From Marsupella aquatica (taxonomy: Eukaryota; Plantae; Marchantiophyta), in the NCBI GenBank assembly GCA_973895155.1, contig OZ316892.1, forward strand, positions 5,860,476-5,924,475: DNA of 64,000 nucleotides. The letters are read 5' to 3'. Below the pieces are notes generated by a model. It was not told the origin of the DNA. It did not search any database and saw only the letters and a program-made list of their open reading frames with translations. The translations under genes and the position numbers were made by a program. Below, in pieces: positions 13,548 to 24,859 of this stretch; the stretch's first letter is position 1; every line of letters starts with the position of its first letter.

Positions 13548-14130
13548 ATGACTACTATGGAGAAATTGAACTTTAAGGCACTTACAATTGATGGAGAGAA
13601 TTACCTCTCATAGTCTTTAGATGCTAAAGCCCACTTAACATCCAAAGGCCTACAAGATACAATAATCATGGATATTGACCTTACACTACAACAGAAACCA
13701 CAAGCCCTAGTCTTCCTAAGGCACCACCTGGGGAAACCCCTTAAGATACAATATTTGAATGGATCCCGCCCTAGGGTCCTATGGAAGCACTTAAAGGAGC
13801 GATATGATCATACCAAGTCCATCTGACCACCTCCCAAGAGCAAGACATGACTGGATGAATTTGAGGGTGCAAGACCACACATCCACAACTAACTATAGTA
13901 GTGAACTTTTCCGGATTACATCCCAACCAACATTGTCTTTGTGGACAACCTATAAACGATGAGGAACAAATAGAGAAAACCCTCTCCACATTCCATTTTG
14001 ACTACTAATATGATCCTCTCCGCCCAATATCAAAACATGAAGTTTACTAAGTATTCTGAATTAATAGCTCACCTGCTGTTGGCTGAAAAACACCAAGAGC
14101 TATTACTTAGGAATTCTAAAGCCCACCCCC
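13548..14130 (+). mobile_element. Ty1/copia (Bianca-lineage-like) gag pseudogene fragment
   Basis: MEKLNFKALTIDGENYLS*SLDAKAHL..ALVFLRHHL..LWKHLKERYDH..IEKTLSTF..KFTKYSELIAHLLLAEK matches the Bianca-type gag pattern (LEFxALDIxGxNYLSWxLD; IFLRHHL; KYSELISxLLxAE). In-frame stop and frameshifts. No pol or LTRs recognised. Confidence 0.8.
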
Positions 14131-17100
14131 CAAGGACCTAGCTTGCCCCAAACCCCTAACCCTGAGACAAACTTTGGCATGCATACCAATAACAAATGGA
14201 ACCCAAGGAGAGGTTCTGACCAGAAAAGAGGTGATAGATACCCTAGAGGAGGAAAATTTTCAAGAGGAGCCAATTCCAAAATTTCAGGGCTGAGGACCTG
14301 GCGGCGACAGGACAAGCTTCAGGCCCAACAGAGGAGGAAGGAGCGGCAATGGAAGACCCATGTATGCTTGTATTTGTTATTTACACTTCTACCAATTGAC
14401 AAATACAAGCATTTCGGCTTAAACAACAATATTTCATACATCCAAGTGGTTATTTTGTTTACTAGTTTAGAATTGTTATAATTCAGAATTACTTTCCAAA
14501 TATATTTGTTGTTTTTTTCTGTTATTAGGTCTATTTGTTTTTCCTTGCATTGTGTCAAACATAAACAGTTGTGTTTGTTTCTATTTGAAACTTACATCAT
14601 TTTTCTGTTTGTGACCAAGTGCACTCATGTGGTTGCACGTGGTGATAGGGATTCTGGAAAGAACTTCCCTTGCGGTTCCAGAAATATTGGATTAATTAGG
14701 TGCAAGAAAATGTCTCTCATTTAGAAAACAAAGTAAAGCTTAAATCAATTCAAGCAAGAGTCGAGTAAGGTTTTGCTGTCTATCACCACTCCAACAAAAG
14801 TTTTGGCATCTAGCTTCAAGCCTTCAAAAGAACAACTCTTACATCACTGCGACAAATAATAAGGATAACTTATGATTGTCATCCTATCCTCTTATCTACT
14901 TCCATAATAGGCTCAAAAGAATCAATCATAGAAGGACGCCGGACTACTTTTATTCACCTCCAAAAAAGAATTCAGAACATGTTCTAAGCATCCTTAGAGG
15001 TGTTAGAGGGTCCATCAATTTATTTTTTAGACGGTCAATCTCTAGGAACCAGAGTTGCAAATTCCTGACCCCTAACTAAAAAAGGGGACACAACCAATGT
15101 AACTACCTAAAGTGGTCACCCATCATGGGAGATGAAGAACACATCACTCCATCCCTGCCTAAATGATTTCTAGCCTTTTAAAGCTAAAAATAGAGTTTAT
15201 CACTTGACTTCTTTTAGGTGAAAGTCAAGTGTTCATCACAAAATAGGGTTCAAAGTAAACAGAGCTTTGCCCCACAAACTGATTTGTTACTCTTAAAGTT
15301 ATGAGTCAAACTACTAGAAATTCAGTCAAAACATGGAAATTTGCTGGACGCCTTGCCTAATTTTAGTAAAGTCAAATTAAGCATGCAAATAGATAAGTTT
15401 TGGTCCAAGATATAAAGGGAAAATTTGCAAGCCACTGAATTTCATGTATAGTTATCCTTAGAAGGCTTGCCCTTCAGTTAAATGCTGGCAAAAATCTCTT
15501 AACAAACCTTCACAATTTTTCTTCTGAATGGGCACACCATATATTAGGTCTAATTTACAAGCACAAAAAATTTGGCCAGGGGTAATTTGGATGAGATTGG
15601 AAGGGAATTTAGTGTCAACTTACACTGATAGAGCCAAATGAATGTGTGATATTGATTGCATTCAACCCATCGCTTCAAGTTTGATCAATGGATCAATAGC
15701 CAGGAAGTGGTCAAAGAAGTCAGACATGCAGCAGCTATTTGACTGGCTACACCTTGTCATAAATCCCTAGTATTCACAATGGAAAACCAAATGGGCGTAC
15801 TCATAAGTCACAATGAATGGAATTGGAGAGCTTTGAACACGAACATGTAGAGGAGGTCCAAATATAGAAATGCATTCCTCAGTCAGTAATTTAGGAAGTC
15901 TATTCAAAAATTTAAAAGTCTATATGTCAATAGACCATATGTCAGGATCAAACTCTAAAATCTGATATTAGACTTTATGTCCGACTTTATGTTCTCAATT
16001 AAACTATCTGGCTGAACAAGTGCAAGTATTAGGGTTTTCTCTAGTGCCACCACATTCTCTTGTCCTCTGGTCAACTCAGGTTCAATTGGTAGCCTCTATT
16101 GGTTCAAAAGATAGATAGTAGCAGCTCTTCTTGAGAATCTGAGTTTAGTGTTTGGTAACCTTAGTAACATTTAAATTGGAAAGTTGCCCAAGAGGATGTT
16201 CAAATAAATGTACTCTTGGTAAAATCCATAGCAGAGAGCTACAGTAGATCAAGAATAATTAAGGCTCAGCTGAGTAACATAAGCTAAGATATCTAATGGA
16301 GCTATCAACAGGAATGATAGCACAACTACTAGGTTTTGCATGCCAAGGTAAAATGGGAATAAGGACTTACAGTAACAACTCAAGTAACTCTAGATTTGTA
16401 CACCTCTTGATCCATCTTCCAGCCAATTTGTCTCTTTTGTTTTCCCTCATTTTCTTGAAACAATAAAAACAGAAGTCAAATCCTTGCTCTACGAGCAAAT
16501 ATCAGCTCCTCCTTGAGGCACTTCATAAACCTCAGCTACAAGTGCAACATTCTATAATTCAGGTTGAGCTCGGATGGTGCATGTGCTGAAATTAATCAGG
16601 CAGCAACTCAATTCCCAAATAAATCTTCAAAACTGAAACACCCATCAGCAAAAATCCGAAGGCAGGTGTAGTAGTTGGCTCAGTCCCATTTCTTCTAGAT
16701 TGCTATGTAGCTGGAAGTAAGAATCCACATTGCTAGGAATCTTGACTCTAACCATATTCAAAACTGGAAGAAAAGGGACAACATAGCTATACTATATTTG
16801 GCAGAAAATGTTTCAGTTCAACAAGTCAGACTCACTCTGTTTTTCAACAATGTTTCCCAAATAACATTCAACCTTGATCCACTGCTTCTCAAGATCCTTC
16901 TCCAACAGAAATTCATTACAGACGGAGCTTCCATCACCAAGCTACAAACAATTATAGCAATGCCATCCTCTTGAAATGTAGTTTTTCCAAGAAACCCCTG
17001 CAAAAACAATGAGCCATCACCACAGCACTTGGGGTAAAGTTTGGCAAAAGTGGGCCATCCCCGGGGCCATCATGTTGATGTCTTGACTTCTTTTGCCTCA

Positions 17101-18191
17101 AAGTTATCACATCATCAAGGAGCTCTTTGGCATAAGTCAAGCAATCTCTATCCCAAAATGTCTTGATTTCTATAAAATACTTGGGTTCATTTTTATCGTT
17201 AGTTGGGTCCATGGTCAGCTGTTCATATATAATGAAGGAGGCAAGGAAAGAATCACCTTTAGGTTTTGGGGTGAACTTTGGGGTTCAGGCAGGTTCTCTA
17301 GGGTGCAAACTTTGCATATGAAATAGCTATGGAGTATTGAGCATGCACATTTTTGGTGAGTATCTCAATTCAATTCTATGATTCCAATTGTTTGTAAGTC
17401 TAGGTTAAGTGATCATTCTTAGAACTATTGTCTCACAATTGACTTCTAGTTCTGAATTGCATAGACATGTTAGTCGCCACCTATCAAGTTCAATGCTTAA
17501 GTGAAGGTTCTGTGTCTCCTTCAATCCTCTAAACAATACCCTGAGTATGTGCCCCTTGTGGCACTTCTTCAATCAACATGTGAAAATAACCTGTTTTAGC
17601 TATGGAGATTTCCCTCATCATGTTTTTATTTTGACTTTTCTCCTCATCAAGCTAGGTGTTGCAAATGAGATGATCACACAACTAGTAAATGCAAATTATA
17701 ACCATTTTTTACTAACCTGCCCACCCCGTCACAGTGACTGAAATTGGTAGCTTCTCCCCAGTCTATTTTATTTGTCTCCTACACCCCAATTTTTTATACG
17801 AGGTTAGTTAACCACAGGACCTAACTCAATGTTAGCTGCCCTCATTGGTCTAATGCAACGTGGTGAGGCATGATTGGATCCCGGATTGGATTCTTTCCTG
17901 GTCCCAAAACCTAATTGGGCCCCTCCCTCCCAGGCCCTATGAGCACAATGTTGCCATGCCTGACTCTCCCCCAATCACACCTTGCATTACCCACCTTCCA
18001 ACTATTCTTTCAAGCTCCCTCCCAGGGCCTAAAGACCCTCCCAGGCCCGGCGTCGACTGTTGCAGTCCACAAAGGACCACTTTGCATAGGCCAAACGACC
18101 TTGACCCCGTGCCGGTTAAATAAGGCATCACTAGTTATAGTGTGGTTGGCAACATCATCTTACTAATAAATTGCAATGGGAACCTAGAGTT

Positions 18192-18330
18192 GGGGTCTTG
18201 GCTTCTAGAGTGAGCCTCTAGACAGTGAATCTAGGGCCCCACCATGTGGATGGAAGAACTCTGGGGCCCCACCATGTGGCATGGATGGAGAGAACTATGT
18301 CATATGCTGCACATCAAACGATGGTATATT
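18192..18330. repeat. Dispersed repeat, second copy at ~29580-29700
   Basis: GGGTCT.G.CTTCTAGAGTG.AGCCTCTAGA...AGGGC.CCACCA...ATGTGGATGGA is shared between both sites. Confidence 0.6.
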
Positions 18331-18630
18331 ATGCATGATTTTGGTAATGATTTTTGTTTATTTTTGAAGAATGGGCTTTCAGGCTCCACACATCATTATA
18401 CATCATGATTTTAAAACAAACAGCATTGTGAAACCAAACCTGAAGTGTTGCAAAAGGAATTCCAATTGTAATAGCAGATAAGGGAATATCCCAGTGAAGT
18501 ATGTCAAAAGGGCTTCCAATTGTAATAACAAATAGGGAAATATCCAAACATTGATCAATGCGCAAGACATGGTGATAGAAATGTAGAATGTTGTTGCATC
18601 AATTAACCCAACAATTATGATATTAACAAA

Positions 18631-18933
18631 CTAGTGGTGGCTACCATCGTCATGGCCGCCACCACCCTCAGCCTTGAGCTTGGCAGCCTCCTCCGCATGC
18701 TTGAGATGGCGGATCTCAGTGGGCCAGCCGACAGCATAGCCAATAAAGAACACGCCAATAAGCACATCATTGAGAGGCTTGATGGAGCCAGTCTGGATGT
18801 ACCTCTGGTTGTAGTTGTACAAGAAACTCCAGGTGTTCTTTGACACATTGTCTCTTGTCACAGTTGTCTTTACAAATGTGGGTACGTCCTTGAGCTTCAT
18901 GCTCCCCAAGGATCTCAACCCAGAGAACGCCAT
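18631..18933 (-). CDS. ATP17: Mitochondrial ATP synthase subunit f (plant ATP17-like), 100 aa, single coding exon
   Basis: MKLKDVPTFVK..YNYNQRYIQTGSIKPL..FIGYAVGWPTEIRHL with a His/Gly tail matches plant subunit f (YNEKYIQTSS.DP..P.E.RHL). Good start context AAAATGGCG. Confidence 0.85.
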   Translation of the reverse strand: MAFSGLRSLGSMKLKDVPTFVKTTVTRDNVSKNTWSFLYNYNQRYIQTGSIKPLNDVLIGVFFIGYAVGWPTEIRHLKHAEEAAKLKAEGGGGHDDGSHH

Positions 18934-21188
18934 TTTTGATGGCTTTCCCGTTGCAATCGATCACTATCAGCCTAGGAATTGAATTTTCCTGCTTGCTCGA
19001 TCGCTCCTTTTCCTCTCTTCACTTCAATCCAATTGTCATTCCCAATGGAAACTTTAGTCCCAACGGAAATTTTAACCTACAGCCTGCATGACACATGAAA
19101 AGCAACATTTAGAGGAATAGGAGGATAGTAAGTAAGGGATCCTTATCTCACAATCTTTACTATGATTAACAATTACAGAATTGCTTGACTTTTGTTAGAT
19201 TGGTCAGGCCTTTCACAATCATAGGCCTATGGGTCCACCAGATCTACGTCAAATACAATACGCAGAACTAAGTGAGATTGATAGGACACCCAAAATTGCA
19301 TGGCAAAGCTAGGCATCATTCCATCCTTCACAAATTGATCTTGACAAAGGTAGAAAACTAAATGAATTTCAATTTATATCTATGTGTTACATGCTTTCAA
19401 CATCAAGGGATCCATAGATTTAAAACCTATCAATGTCTGAGGTCCTGCATTGGAGATCAAGCAAGGGAATGCTAGTATGTTGAGGGTTGCTATCATGCCA
19501 TTGTGATATGGAAAGATCCAAGAAACCTGAGAATTTAACTTATATGAAAATCAACTGGAACTCAGTTGATGAAGAATTTGATGAATATGGAAATCCTTTA
19601 GGACTATGCCCTAATATAGTCCTGGATTCTATGCATTCTCCTGAAAATCATGTGATGAATGTGGAAGGTAATAGTACACAAGGATGCGTGTTTTTTCCAG
19701 CTTCTAATTCAGTGTTTTCTTAGGCCATGTGTGCAATGTGCCTGTAATTGTAGAGCTGGAATAGATCCCCATAGCCACACAAATTTTCAAAAGACTGATT
19801 GTACAATATAGAGTGTGATCTGTGGCAGGGTAGGGGCGAGCTGATCAAATCCCTACTAACAATGGACGGCGAACAGATAAAATTTAAAATGAAAAAGTAA
19901 AGTTGATCCAATACAACTCAGTTACATCAGCACAACCCTACATAAAATGAATGTTGCTTTATGCTGGTTTGTTTTGCAGTGCAGGGCTAGGTCTCCTATG
20001 TCTAGCACACATGTTCTGAAGCAATTGCTTTATGAGATAACATCCTGCCCAACTTCACAATGTAGACTATTTCTAAGAAAGGGACTAAAATTGAAGATCA
20101 ACTGCATTTTGGAAGACATAATTATCGAGACAGTCACAATCTTCAGAACTTAACATGCCCTGATATTGTTGGTCATTCAGTGAGATTGGCAAAGACTGAC
20201 AAGACGGATTCCTCACCAATGAGAACTTGGCTGGAAATCCAAAGTTGAGAAAAGAAAATGGTCCCAAAATTTCACTTTTTTTGGACCTTTGATCGCTCCT
20301 ACTAAATTGAAATATTGAATCACAAAAAAATTATACTATCTATAGCAAAGACAAATTGGATTTTCAAGGGACCACAATGGTTAGTTCAGTCTTAGGTCAA
20401 TCACGGATTCATGGGGATACAAATTAGCCTTCTGCGACATTTACAACAGGAATTGACAAATCCTTACCCCGACATACACTAATTATGCACCCACTTTTTA
20501 TTATGAATAATTACAGAATTTAAAGTTGCAAGACCTAGAGCTCAGGCGTTCAATATGGTTCAAGCCTCAACACAAATTCATTGTCATGACGTTCCTTGTG
20601 CAATCTACTCCAAAGCTTTTCAGTTTACTCTTGACTAAGCCTTTAACTTCCTTTGCTGTAAGTTGTGTGGATCTCTTGGAGTTTGGGTTCTTTGGGTTTC
20701 CCCTTGTTTTCTACATGAATCCCTCTTTGTGACTCTCTTATGCAGTTTACTCTTAATAAGCTTTGCCAGCTTTTTAGCTTACTGCTAAACAAGGTTTTAG
20801 TTTCTTTGCTGCTGTGTAGGTCCCTCAAGCTTTTTGGCTTTTTGGCTTTCTGAGGGTTTTCATATTTATAAGAAGTCCACTAAAACTCCACAGAAGCGGG
20901 AAGCAAGCAGCACAATAAACCGCAAGTCAAAAGGAACAATTCCCACAGGGAGTTACAGTAGATGGGGATCTTGTGTCTAGATTTGATACTTTTGGTCTTG
21001 GCAGTGTGTTATATAACTGTCAGAAATGTCAACATAAGAGTTCTCAAATCAGTGCACTATGTTGCACAAACATCCAGTCATGACTATTGTCCATCTAAGA
21101 AATTTATATAGAGAACATTCTTGGTACCTTTTTCTTAGTTTACACTGGCCACTCTTACTGGAGGATTAATAAAATCCTTAGAATTTAC

Positions 21189-21471
21189 CTTGACCTACCA
21201 CCTCTCCATCAGCTGATGCACCGTGGGCCTTAGCTCTACTTATTGTCAAAGAAAAGGGAGACATTAGCTTGGTGGGACCCAGCAGAACTAAAACCTGCTT
21301 GGTGAGGCATCCTATTGCTATACTTCTTTTCTGGTGAGGGAAGTGCTTGTAACCAGCAGTAAGTGAGTTAGAAGGAGAGGCCTGAACTGCGTAGTGAAGC
21401 CATCTCCCATCCCTCCAAAATCCAAAGTCTACCCTAACATCTGTTGTCTTGACCTCACGACTTTTTCCCAC
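21189..21471 (-). other. Orphan open exon, possible relic of a multi-exon gene (~20600-21620)
   Basis: 283-nt stop-free frame bounded by ATTCAG|GTG and CAAG|GTAAAT. Peptide VGKSREVKTTDVRVDFGFWRDGRWLHYAVQ is not recognised. Confidence 0.3.
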
Positions 21472-21894
21472 CTGAATTCTCTCATTTTATTTTTTAACTG
21501 TAATCACTGAATGTCAGGTTACAATCTCTTATGGATTGCACAAACTGCCCTACTTTCCCTTCTTCTTATTTTCATGCTGCAATTTGGACTGTTGTGGAGG
21601 ACCAGAATGGTGAAAACAGATTCTTTGTGGGGATGGGTGATAGAGGTTCTACTTGAGAGACTATGATTTTGATTACTGGAATGCATTGGAAGCAGCATTT
21701 TGGGAGAGTATGCAGTATGGTACCCTGCATCCTACAATAACCTCACTATTGATTGAGACCCACCAACAAAATATTGCGAAAGTTTTGTCTGACCAAGGTT
21801 GTTGTAATGGGGGACCAACCAAGCAAATTTCCCAAGAATTTGTACTGTTAAGCAAATTGTGATCACATAACTTAGGTAAGGAGGCCTGGTGATA

Positions 21895-23890
21895 TTAGTT
21901 TTGGGGGCAAGTCAATATTTTGAACAAGTTTAGGAAATAATATAGTAAAAATTGAGTAATTATAATATTAATCATCACTCTTTTGAGCTCAGGTGGTTCC
22001 ACTAGATCACCACTGTCTCCTTCGGGGAGCCAATGGGCTATTGCGCTCCAGACTGCATTGTCCACAATAATTTTCAAAATAGTATTGTTACAAACTGTAT
22101 GTGTACTGTTGAGACTAGTTTGACACTCATAACTTTGGACAGGGGGTTTAAGGGGCAGGATAATAATTTGATCAAGTTTTTGGAAATAATAAGAATATTA
22201 AGCTCGGATGGAGCTGGGGGTTTGAATGTCCATTCTGCCCCAGGGGCTGTGTAAAGCCACCAGCCAATATACGCCGGCAAAAAGTGACCGATTGTTATTG
22301 GAAGGATGTCTCAAGTAATTTTATTTTTTGAGAAAAACGAGCACGCTTTATTCCAGGAAACCGAAGCCCCGCCTGAGAGAAGGAGGCTGGGGAGAGAAAA
22401 AAAAACACAAGTAAGGGGGCTGAATGAGGGAGCACACCCATAGAAACGAGAAAGGTCCCAAACAACCAGGCTGCCTGAAGGAAGGGAGGCAGATGGAAGA
22501 GGAAGGAGGGACTTGGAGGAGCATAGGACAGCCACAAAGCAAAGCGGAGTAAAGGCAGACAACCGAGAGCAGCTAGAAACCCGAACTAGCCCGGAACCAA
22601 GCGGGAGAACAGCTGAACTCCATCCACCCCAGGTTGCCAGAAATCACCCGCCGAACCACCAATGTTGAATGTGCCAGCAAGAAGTTCGATTCAAAGACAC
22701 CATCGGATCATATGTACTGTCGGGAAACAGAGAATCGGGTCTCTTGGAACAATATGAATGGAGGGGAGAGAGCAGCACCAGAGAAGGGGGGACCTCGGAA
22801 TCAGATAATGTCTCAAGTAATTTTGACAGGCACCCTGACCAGTTGTAAACTTGGTTTCAGGGAAACTTTTGTTTAATCTCAAATTTTGCTGGCATGTTCT
22901 TTGCCAGGTTCTTTGGCCTGGAATCTATTACCTCAAAACATTTGAGATTTTTCTGAGATCAATATGCAAAAACGATCCAATGTTATACCATGGATGCTTC
23001 ACTTTTGTGAGGAACACTCCGAGTAGTTCAGGCATGAGCAGTGAATTACCACTGTTGCAAAGGACACTTCAGTTTTTGCAAAGGATGGCCTGAGCAGTTT
23101 GGGCTTGAGGAGCAACTTATCATTGGGAGAACTAAATTAAAATCAACTACAATGGTCTGGAGCTTGTTTGCAGGTTACATTTCAGTCAAATCCGTAAAAT
23201 AATGCTATTGGAGTTTATTATAGATGTTATGCACCAGCCCATCCAAGCTTTGAAAATCCATTGGGGCTTTGGAAGAAATCCCTCAATTCATACAGGCTTT
23301 ATTTTCAAAAAAATACTAAAAAATGAGTAGTAATAATCACCACTCCTTTTGAGAGGTGGTTCCATGAGGTCACCACCCTCTCCTTCAAGAAGCCAATGTT
23401 CTGTCACAATAATTGTCCAAATTGTATTGTCATAAACTGTAGTATTTTAATGTATTGTGACCCCATACCCACTGCTTGTTGGGCATGGTTAAATTAGTTC
23501 AGGGGGCAGGTCAATAATTTGAACGAGTTTAGCAAATAACATAGTGACAAAAAAGTAATGACCACCACTCCTTCAGAGAGTTGGTCCCTTGAGGTCACCA
23601 CCCTCTCCTTCGGGGAGCCTCAGAGAAAACCCCTCAATCCATAACAATAATCACCACACCTTTCAAGAGTGGTTCCATGAGGTCGCCACCCCCTCCTTTG
23701 GGGAGCCTCAGAGCAAACCCCTCAATCCACCCAAGCATAATTTCGAAATTGAAATTGAAATGAAACAATATATAAAAAGCGAGTGGCAATATTCACCACT
23801 CCTTTCAAGAGGTGGTTCCATGAGTTCGCCACCCCCTCCTTCGGGGAGCCAATGGGAGCCAATGGGCTATCATTCTGCTCTAGACCGTGA
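21895..23890 (+). repeat. Degenerate repeat family with five copies of a ~60-bp GC-rich hairpin-bearing unit
   Basis: CACCACTCCTTTCAAGAGGTGGTTCCATGAGGTC.CCACCC.CTCCTTCGGGGAGCC-like units at ~21973, 23338, 23563, 23652 and 23794. Flanking AT-rich segments are also duplicated (21895-21970 ~ 23494-23560). Confidence 0.8.
22306..22824 (-). mobile_element. Retroposed insertion (5'-truncated LINE/SINE 3' end, ~485 bp) with perfect 17-bp TSD
   Basis: ATGTCTCAAGTAATTTT occurs at 22306-22322 and 22808-22824. The minus strand ends in an A-rich tail (CTCAAAAAATAAAA). Confidence 0.8.
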
Positions 23891-24471
23891 AAACACACTG
23901 GACCACTCAAGAAACCCTAGACCATCCGGAGGCTTACCTCTCGTTGTGCTCTCTCTTCTCCTGCTCGATCTCTTGGAGCGCTCCTTGGATTCGTCAATTG
24001 GTTCGCAACGACACTTGTAGGTAGGAAGCATTTTTGTTAAAAGCTTCGCGCAGCAATCTTCCTAGCTGTATCAATCAACACTACGTTTTTTCAGTCGTTG
24101 TGTACTAGGTCGAAGAAATCTTAGGTGTGCTCACACTCTGTCTCGTTTTCGTTCGTTGCTACATTTGATTTAAGCTCTTCGTCGAAGCTCTGCGCAGAAA
24201 TGTTAGCTTTAGAACCACTCTGCTTTGCACGGGCTTTTCGAGCGTGCAGTGAGTTTTGAATTTGACTGGCTAATATTTCTGGAATGGTGGCTGGCTGGCT
24301 CCTGCAGTTCACGAGAACGGCTCTGCGGTAGTCGGGATTCATGGTGTAACTAGCAACAAAAGAAAATTAAGAATCTCCCGTGTGATTTTTCCCCTGCGGA
24401 CGGGCGGAGGGGCGTACGGGCGGAACATTTTTGTTAGGGAGAGCCCTTACTTCACTCGGGACTCCTCCAGA

Positions 24472-24480
24472 TTAGGGTTT
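24472..24480 (-). promoter_or_regulatory. Telo-box (AAACCCTAA) with adjacent GC boxes upstream of eIF2-beta
   Basis: TTAGGGTTT at 24472-24480, GGGCGG boxes at ~24402 and ~24418, and a second AAACCCTAG at 23912. Telo-boxes are typical of plant translation-machinery promoters. Confidence 0.6.
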
Positions 24481-24859
24481 GTGCAATGATTGTGAAATCC
24501 CCGTTCTTCGCTCTCTGTGATGTGTTTGCCGATCTTCTCACTCAGAAAGTGTTCGTCAAATTTCTCTTTGAAAATGTTGGTCAATCTTGACTTCTGTCGG
24601 ATCAGGTCCTCGTTTTTCGACAGTTGTGGTTATGGTTTGCTTCGCTCCTCGCGTTCTCGGTACCTTCGTGCTATATCATCCAAACATGCTGGAATAATAG
24701 AGCGTGTTATGCTGTCCAATGCTCCTGTTGCCTTTTGCATGGTATTTGGTTTTGGTTATATTAGAATCTTCCCTAACTTTTCCTGTCGACCTGCAGATAG
24801 CCCATCAAAACTGGGACAAGTGAGGACAGTACTCTTAGTCGGCTGATCCGTCTTGGGAT

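Noticed and set aside
15790-15850. KALQF/IHCDL kinase-like words on the minus strand
   Set aside because: Overlapping frames with no further kinase subdomains.
24121-24846. ORFs upstream of eIF2-beta
   Set aside because: They overlap promoter/5'UTR-intron sequence with no recognisable protein features.
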